Of a stretch of DNA of 64,000 nucleotides, positions 57,038-64,000 are shown one piece after another. The DNA lies in contig JBJTQJ010000004.1 in the NCBI GenBank assembly GCA_046075565.1, forward strand, positions 18,509 through 82,508, in the 5' to 3' direction. The position numbers and the translations under genes are program-made. The DNA comes from Verrucomicrobiales bacterium (GTDB taxonomy: Bacteria > Verrucomicrobiota > Verrucomicrobiia > Verrucomicrobiales > SLCJ01). The notes under the pieces are model-generated. The model saw only the letters and a program-made list of their open reading frames with translations, was not told where the DNA came from and made no database searches. Position 1 is the stretch's first letter. The number at the start of each line of letters is the position of its first letter.

Positions 57038-59428
57038 TCAGTAATACTCGGCGAGGCGTGAGGACCAGATTTCCTTCAGCTCGGCGAGAGCGGCGGCGAG
57101 CACGGGTTCATCGGCGCGCACGATGCGCAATTCGCGGTGCTCGGTAGTCGTTTGGCCGAGGATGGTCAAGGGCAGGTCACGGAAGAGATCGAGGAGTTGA
57201 TCCATGTTTTCTTCAGCCACTTCGGCGATGATGCGTCCGGTGCCTTCGTGGAAGAGGGCGGTATGGACATCATCGGCGCCGGGAAGATCGATGTCGAGTC
57301 CGGCGGCGAGAGAGAAGCCCATTTCGGCCAAGGCGACGGCAAGGCCGCCTTCAGAAACATCGTGGGCGCTGAGGACGAGTCCGGCATCCCGCGCGGCGGC
57401 GTATGCGCGATAGAGGCGGAAGTTGGCGGACGAGTCCGTATCGGGCACGGTGGCTCCACGCAATCCGGCATGGCGTGCGAAGACACTGCCCCCGAGAGGA
57501 GCGCTGACTTTTCCTAACAGAACAAGCGTGCTTCCGGAGCGGCGCAGCGATGAGCCGGTCACGTGGGACGACGATTCGACGATGCCGATCCCGCTGAGCA
57601 GGATGGTTGTCGGGATGGAGACGGGTCCTTCGTCGGTGATGAAGTAGTTGTAGAATGAATCTTTGCCCGAGATGAAAGGTGCGGCGAAGGCGGCGGCGGC
57701 GGCGGAGATGCCTTTGGTCGTTTCCACAAGCGCACCGAGTTCACGCGGGTCATTCGGGTTGCCAACGCAGAAGTTATCGAGCAGACCCAATTTATCGGGA
57801 TTGGCTCCGACCAGAACGAGCTGGCGCACACATTCGTCCACGACGGCGAGGCCCATGCGGTAGGGATCGGATTTTCCCCACTCGGGCAGGAGCGAGAGGG
57901 CCATGGCCATGGAGCGGGTGGAGCCGTCGATCTCGATCACACTGCCATCTTGCGGCGCATCGCCCGTGGCTCCGGCGAGGGGTTTCAGAAGGGTATTGCC
58001 TTGCACTTCGTGATCGTATTCGCGGATGACCGGCGCACGCGAGCAAATGGCGAAGTCGGCGAGCAGGGTGCGCAGGCACTCGACTGGCGAACCGGGTGGC
58101 GTGAAATCGGGCGCATCTTCCGTGGTCGCGCGAATCCATTGGGCCTTCATCTGGCGGCGCGGGGCGTCGTGGAGTTTCGGGCAATCGAGTTCGCAAACCA
58201 ATTCGCTATGATGCCAGACCTTGAGGATGCCGGATCCATCGGACTGCCCGAGTTCGGTCAGTTCGGTCTCGTAAATGTCGGCGAGTTCACGCAAGCGGGG
58301 CAGGCTGGCGGCTTCCACCGCGAGCACCATACGCTCTTGGCTTTCGGAAAGGAAAACCTGCCAGGAGGAAAGACCGGGTTCCTTGAGCGGGACGCGCTCG
58401 AGGAAAATCTCGCCGCCGGTTTCGCTGAGCATCTCTCCGGCCGCGCTGGAGAATCCACCGGCACCGCAGTCGGTGACAAATTCGATGAGTCCTTCGGAGC
58501 GGGAGGCGAGAATGAAGTCCGCCACCTTCTTCTCTTCGATCGGATTCCCGATCTGCACGGCACTTTGGTCTTCAGCGTGACTGTCGCCGGTCAATTCGGC
58601 GGAAGAGAACGTCGCGCCTTTCAGTCCGTCGCGGCCGGTGCGACCGCCCACGGCAATGACGGTCAGACCCGCGCGCATTTGTTTGTCGATATCTTTAATC
58701 GGAATGACGCCGGCTGTGCCGCAGAACACGAGCGGATTGTAAATGAAAGTCTCGTCGAACTGGATGGCCCCATTGACGGTTGGGATACCCATGCGGTTGC
58801 CGTAGTCGCGCACGCCTCGCACGACACCGCGCATGACCCCAAGCGGGTGGATGACATCCTTGGCCTTGATGGCCTGGGGGGCGGTATCGGGCGCGCCGAA
58901 GCAGAAGACATCGAGTGAGGCGATGGGCTTGGCGCCTTTGCCGGCACCGAGGATATCGCGGATCACACCGCCTAGGCCGGTGTTCGCTCCGGCGTAGGGT
59001 TCAATGGCGGAGGGATGGTTGTGGGTTTCGGCTTTAAGGCAGACGGCCTTGTCGTCATCGAGGCGGATGAAGCCGGCATTGTCATGGAAGGCGGAAAGCA
59101 CGAAGCCGGGTTTGGCCGCGAAGATTGCTTCCGATGGCTTGCGGATGAACGTTTTGAAAAGCCCGTCCACAGTTTCGGGACCTTTTTCAGTTTCGTGTTC
59201 GATGAGTGCTCCGAAGATGCGGTGTTTGCAATGCTCGCTCCAGGTCTGGGCGATCACTTCGAGTTCGACGTCCGTTGGTTCGCGCCCGGCTTCGTTGTAA
59301 TACTGCTGCACGGCCAGCATGTCTTCCCGGCTCAAGGAAAGTTTCATCTCCTTGCTCAGGGCGAGCAGGGCGTCGCCGTCGAGTTCACGGACGGGGATGT
59401 GGCGGTAACGGGCCTCGGTGGTAAACAT
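57038..59428 (-). CDS. purL: Phosphoribosylformylglycinamidine synthase subunit PurL
   Basis: QTWSEHCKH, KAETHNHPSAIEP, GGRTGRDG, DCGAGG, SESQERM, HDVSEGG. Confidence 0.96.
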   Translation of the reverse strand: MFTTEARYRHIPVRELDGDALLALSKEMKLSLSREDMLAVQQYYNEAGREPTDVELEVIAQTWSEHCKHRIFGALIEHETEKGPETVDGLFKTFIRKPSEAIFAAKPGFVLSAFHDNAGFIRLDDDKAVCLKAETHNHPSAIEPYAGANTGLGGVIRDILGAGKGAKPIASLDVFCFGAPDTAPQAIKAKDVIHPLGVMRGVVRGVRDYGNRMGIPTVNGAIQFDETFIYNPLVFCGTAGVIPIKDIDKQMRAGLTVIAVGGRTGRDGLKGATFSSAELTGDSHAEDQSAVQIGNPIEEKKVADFILASRSEGLIEFVTDCGAGGFSSAAGEMLSETGGEIFLERVPLKEPGLSSWQVFLSESQERMVLAVEAASLPRLRELADIYETELTELGQSDGSGILKVWHHSELVCELDCPKLHDAPRRQMKAQWIRATTEDAPDFTPPGSPVECLRTLLADFAICSRAPVIREYDHEVQGNTLLKPLAGATGDAPQDGSVIEIDGSTRSMAMALSLLPEWGKSDPYRMGLAVVDECVRQLVLVGANPDKLGLLDNFCVGNPNDPRELGALVETTKGISAAAAAFAAPFISGKDSFYNYFITDEGPVSIPTTILLSGIGIVESSSHVTGSSLRRSGSTLVLLGKVSAPLGGSVFARHAGLRGATVPDTDSSANFRLYRAYAAARDAGLVLSAHDVSEGGLAVALAEMGFSLAAGLDIDLPGADDVHTALFHEGTGRIIAEVAEENMDQLLDLFRDLPLTILGQTTTEHRELRIVRADEPVLAAALAELKEIWSSRLAEYY

Positions 59429-59463
59429 GGCTTGTTAGGCGGAGCGGGGAAAAATGGAAAAAT

Positions 59464-59919
59464 TCAGGCGACGACGCGGTGGGTGTGCACGGCTGGATTG
59501 ACGATATCCTTGATGAATGGCGCCGGATCGACGGCATGGCCGTCGGCGGCGGTGAGGTAAAGGCGGGTGCGGAGTTTGAGGTCACGCAGGTTGAATCCGA
59601 GTTTGTTATCGCCTTCGCGGTGGTATTCCTCGAGGATCATTTCGCGTTCGTGATCGAGGGCGCCGGGTTTCATGCCGTATTCGAGCACGAGCTGGGTGCC
59701 GCCGAGGGCGGGGGCCTCGCCGGCGTGCAGGTCCTGGCTCACTTCGTCGAGCAAGACGCGGCGCATCCAGGCTTGGAAGGCGGCTTCGTCTCCTTCGACT
59801 TCGCACAGATAAACCTTCGTGCGCCGGAAGGTGATCGCCCGGGGGCGGGGCGTGTAGAGCAGTTTGTTCGCGTCTTCGGGATGGGCGAACCGGTTGGTGA
59901 TCTCAATTTTCGAGGGCAT
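59464..59919 (-). CDS. PurS-like protein (151 aa)
   Basis: Lies between purC and purL; VLLDEVSQ, YGMKPGALD, IVNPAVH resemble PurS or the PurL N-terminal domain. Confidence 0.65.
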   Translation of the reverse strand: MPSKIEITNRFAHPEDANKLLYTPRPRAITFRRTKVYLCEVEGDEAAFQAWMRRVLLDEVSQDLHAGEAPALGGTQLVLEYGMKPGALDHEREMILEEYHREGDNKLGFNLRDLKLRTRLYLTAADGHAVDPAPFIKDIVNPAVHTHRVVA

Positions 59920-60619
59920 GCTGGGCGCGTTTGAGGACTTCGGCATAACTTTCCATGACATTCCCGAGGTCGCGGCGGAAGCGATCCTTGTCCATCTTCT
60001 CGCCGGTCGCGATGTCCCAGAGGCGGCAACCGTCGGGAGAGATCTCGTCAGCGAGCACGATCACCGACGGGTCGGTGGCGAGGCGGCCGAATTCGAGTTT
60101 GAAATCCACCAGCTTCAGGCCCGCCTTGAGGAAAAATGCCTGGAGCAGTCGGTTGACGGTGAGGGCGGACTGGCGGAGGAAGGCGAGGCCTTCCGGGGTG
60201 GCGAGGCCGAGTTCACGGATGTAGTCGTCGTTGATGAGCGGGTCGCCGAGTTCGTCGCTCTTGAGGGAAAATTCAATGACCGGCTCGGAGAACGGACGGC
60301 CCTCCTCGATACCGGTGCGTTTGCAGAAACTTCCGGCGGCCACGTTGCGCACGATCACCTCGATCATGAGGATTTCGACTTTTTTCACGACCACGGCGGT
60401 GTCCCCGGCGGCGCGGAGAAAGTGGGTGGGCACCCCTTCCTTCTCCAGCATGCCATAAATCAGACTGCTGATCGCGCAATTCAGGCGGCCTTTGTCGGCA
60501 AAAACCGCTTTTTTGGCGGCATTAAAGGCGGTGGCGTCGTCCTTGAACTCCATGAGGAGCTCGTCCGGGTTGTCGGTGGCAAAAAGGCGCTTGGATTTCC
60601 CTTCGTAAATCGGCTGCAT
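59903..60619 (-). CDS. purC: SAICAR synthase
   Basis: YEGKSKRLF, FKDDATAFN, LVDFKLEFG, LADEISPDGCRLWD, DKDRFR. Confidence 0.97.
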   Translation of the reverse strand: MQPIYEGKSKRLFATDNPDELLMEFKDDATAFNAAKKAVFADKGRLNCAISSLIYGMLEKEGVPTHFLRAAGDTAVVVKKVEILMIEVIVRNVAAGSFCKRTGIEEGRPFSEPVIEFSLKSDELGDPLINDDYIRELGLATPEGLAFLRQSALTVNRLLQAFFLKAGLKLVDFKLEFGRLATDPSVIVLADEISPDGCRLWDIATGEKMDKDRFRRDLGNVMESYAEVLKRAQHALEN

Positions 60620-60829
60620 GGGCGGGTGTCAGGTCGGACGGCAAACATGGGCGATATGGGGGTGGGGCGCAAGGCGAAAGGGGGGAGAAGACGCAAGATC
60701 GCTTCGCTCAAAGACTCAAGACACAAGACCGGAAAACCCGCGCTGGCGGGGGCTGGGCAAGCGGAAAATTGGTTGGGTCGGGCTGGGGCGTCGCCTGGTG
60801 GACGGGGCACCCGGGCATTGTGGAAAGAG

Positions 60830-61165
60830 CTATTTCTGCTTCTTCCCTTTTGTGGAGACCAGGCAGTAGGAATGGTCGACCATCTCTCGGATCAGGGCCG
60901 AGGGCACGGAACCGTCCAACAGAATGGTGTTCCAGTGCTTTTTATTCATGTGATAACCGGGTAGTATCGATTCGAAACGGTCGCGCAAATCGATGGCCCT
61001 TTCGGGGTCGCACTTCAGGTTGACGCGGGGAGGGCAATCATCCGGGATGGCGAGGGCAAACATTTTTCCCCCGACCTTGTAAACGAGGACATCGGGACCA
61101 AAGGGCATCGTTTCCTCCGCGCCGGTTTTGGAGAGGAAATGGTCGATCACATCGGGTAAGTCCAT
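60830..61165 (-). CDS. MmcQ/YjbR family protein
   Basis: PFGPDVLVYKVGGKMFA, NLKCDP, PGYHMNKKHWNT. Confidence 0.92.
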   Translation of the reverse strand: MDLPDVIDHFLSKTGAEETMPFGPDVLVYKVGGKMFALAIPDDCPPRVNLKCDPERAIDLRDRFESILPGYHMNKKHWNTILLDGSVPSALIREMVDHSYCLVSTKGKKQK

Positions 61166-61481
61166 GGGGCAATATTTACCCCCATATCTCGCCAACATTC
61201 AACCGTGGCTTGCCGGACTGCGAAATGTCTGCTGCCTCGTTGGTGTAATGTTTGATTATCTCCTTCGCATCGTCTCTGAGCGCATGCGCTTCAGGTTAAG
61301 GATTTCTCTTTGTAGCGGAACGCCTTCGCGTTCCGGGGTGGGGACATCGTGGCCCGGAGGAGGTGGAGCTTCCTTCGTCCGGCACCGGAAGCGGTGCCGC
61401 TACGGGCTTACGCGCCAGGATAAGCATTTCAATCCCTTTAACCACCGGACATGTGCGCAGAGAATCGAGTTGCTATGAAAC

Positions 61482-63932
61482 TCAAATAAACATCGAGGTG
61501 GCGCTGGTGGCCGAGCAGGAAAGCATGTCGGCCACTCCACCGACTTCGACTCCATCCACCAGTTCTTCGAGGGTGATTCCCATGGCTTCCATGCTCATCG
61601 AGCAGGCGAGCATACGCACACCAGCCTTGCGGGCGGCATCGATCAATCCAGGCAGGTTGGGGAGATTCTTGGAACCCATGCGGTATTTCATCATGGCCGT
61701 TCCCATGCCGGCCATGTGCATGTTGGACAACGGGAGTTTATCCGCGCCACGAGGCATCATCATGCCGAACATTTTGCCCATCAGATCTTTCTGCACCGGT
61801 GGCGGGTTATCGCGGCGGAGGACATTCAGTCCCCAGAAGGTGAAGAAGATGGTGGCGTTGCCGCCCATGGCGGCCGCTCCAGTGGCGATGATAAAGGCGG
61901 CCATGGCCTTGTCGAGTTCGCCGCTGAAACAAACGAGGATGGCGCCGGATTTCGGGGTGACAACCGCCGCGTTGCCGCCCACCGCGCAGATTTTGGCCGG
62001 GCTGACACCTGCACCTTTCCGCACGCGGGCGGTGAGAACGCCTTGGGATTTTTCCAGACCGAGCAAGGTGTGGCCGGTGGTGTTGCAGAAGGCTTCCACG
62101 TCGCGGGCAAATCCCGGATCGGAGGCTCGGATTTCGAGGCAGTCACCGGAGTCCATGGCATCCATGGCCTCGCGAAGTTTGAGCAATGGGCCGGGGCACA
62201 TGAGGCCCGTGATATCAAGGGTGGTGGTTTTCATGGTGGATTCGGCGAGGACTGGTGATGAATTGTCAGGTTTGGAAATAGGGGCTTTGGCGGAGGCACG
62301 GCCGACGAGCCGCCAACCGCCGACCAGCGATTTGGCCGCGAAGCCGTTTTGTGACAAGACACGCGAGGCGAAATAGGAGGTCTTGCCAAGGGCGCACACC
62401 GCGAGAATCGGGCGTGTCCGGTCGATCTCTCCGAGTCTGGATCGCAGGTCTTTGAAAGGGATATTGATCGACCCGGGGATGGGATCGTTTTCCGCCATCA
62501 TCGGTGGACGCACATCAAGGATTTGGAGAGAGGGGTCATCCGGCATGGCGGCCACGGGATTGACCAGGCCGTCGCTCAGGTTTTCCGCCGCGAAGCCGGC
62601 CGTGTTCACGACGTCGCGGGCACTTCCGAAGGGCGGCGCTTAACTGAGTTCCAGATGGACCAAATCGGCGGTGGTGAGGCCACCAGCCAGCGCGGTAGCC
62701 AGCACGTCGAGACGTTTGTCCACGCCGTCCGGTCCGGTGGATTGCGCACCGAGAAGTTTTCCGGTTTCCGGTTCCCAGAGAATCTTCAAGGTCACGGGAA
62801 CCGCGCCGGGAAAATACCCGGCATGGTTGTTATCCGTTACCGTGGTCGTTTGGTAGGCCCGCCCGGCTTGGCGCAGGCGTTTTTCCGTCCATCCGGTCAT
62901 GCCCGCCGTGGCATCGAATACGCGGACGATGGCGGTGCCGATATGGCCGGGGTAAGGACGGGCTTTGTCGCCCAAGAACAAGTGATCCGCGATGACCCGG
63001 CCTTGGCGGTTGGCTGGCCCACCCATGGGAAGGTTCATCGGTTCGCCGGTGAGACGATCGCGGGATTCCACGACGTCGCCGGCAGCATGTATATCCGGAT
63101 CGCTGGTTTGCATCCATTCATTCACCGCGATGGTTCCGCGGGCCCCAAGGGTCAAGCCCGCTTCAGAAGCGAGGCGGCTTTCCGGGCGCACACCGATGGA
63201 AAGAATCACTAAATCCGTCTCAATGCGGCGACCGCTCTGCAGGGTGGCGGAGATTCCAGAAGAGCTTTCTTCGAAGCCGGCAATGCCATCCCCGAGCGTG
63301 ACGGCAACACCATTCATTTGCAACCACGCCAAAATCTGGGTGGTCATTTCCGGATCGAGTTGCGGGAGAACTTGCTGCTGCTGCTCGACCAACTCGACGG
63401 TCTTGCCCAAGCGCACCAGCTGTTCCGCCATTTCCAATCCGATGAAGCCAGCGCCGATGATCAGTGCGTGTTTGGCACCAGCCGCCGCCGCGACAATGGC
63501 ATCCATATCCTGAAGGTTGCGCAACGTGAGAATGCGGCGGGAGTTGATCCCGGGCAGTGGCGGTCGCAAGGGAGCGGCTCCCGGAGCCAGCACCAGTTTG
63601 TCGTAGGCCAAGGTCTGTTCCTCGCCATCGGACAGGCGTTTCACCCGCACCGACTTTGACGCCCGGTCAATCGAGACCACCTCCGTGCCAGCCCGGACCT
63701 AGATGGCCAGCATCTCCGCCAACGACTTCGGGGTCTGCAAGGCCAATCGGGAACGATCGGAAATCTCGCCGCCGACGAAATAGGGCAGTCCGCAGTTTGC
63801 GAACGAAACGTCCGGGCCCCGCTCGACCAGCGTGATGGCCGCCGATTCCGACAACCTCCGCGCCCGGGCGGCGAACGACGCTCCGGCAGCCACCCCGCCC
63901 ACAACCACGATTTTGGTGTTCGATATTGTCAT
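61482..63932 (-). pseudogene. CoA-disulfide reductase-rhodanese-TusA/SirA-DsrE fusion (~816 aa) with two in-frame stops
   Basis: GGVAAGAS, SFANCGLPY, TAG at 63699, IGAGFIGLE, LELS*APPF (TAA 62640), rhodanese CALGKTSY, GLMCPGP, FFTFWGL, ACSMSM. Confidence 0.85.
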
Positions 63933-64000
63933 GTATCACTATATGCCGATATTTGATTCTTGGCAAGCGGGATTTTTCTTTTTCTTGTCTTGGCGGGAAC

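Noticed and set aside
60620-60830. Purine or ZTP riboswitch upstream of purC
   Set aside because: No match to the core motifs recognisable by eye; an Infernal/Rfam scan would settle it.

Overview
Chromosomal DNA of a GC-rich Verrucomicrobiota (PVC) bacterium, judged from the 16S motif ACACCTACGGGTGGCAGCAGTCGAG and the tRNA-Ala/tRNA-Ile spacer. The first 45,492 bp are one giant spacer-less palindrome: base i pairs with base 45493-i, and the axis lies at 22746|22747 inside a truncated GH2 gene. Every gene from the rRNA operon to icd therefore appears twice: ABC ATPase, RluA, Gfo/Idh/MocA, lepA-lepB, BT1-type MFS, GH106-like hydrolase, alpha-E with circularly permuted ATP-grasp, a GT-C membrane protein and icd. 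The unique part (45.5-64 kb) holds the rest of the rRNA operon, a GT-C glycosyltransferase, a secreted Cys/Lys/Glu repeat protein, an oxidoreductase, a sulfatase, a ROK protein, DUF393, purL/purS-like/purC, MmcQ and a CoA-disulfide reductase-rhodanese-TusA-DsrE fusion. Main observations: (1) the palindrome, most likely a fold-back or assembly artefact; (2) in-frame stops in three otherwise intact genes, with three of the five stops plus several other changes at the inner C of CCWGG, a footprint of Dcm-type methylation (real deamination or base-calling error); (3) a modular secreted CxxxC-repeat protein; (4) a DnaA-box/IHF/parS-like oriC candidate; (5) a GTAG REP pair with compensatory changes. 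Family assignments come from motif recognition, not database searches.
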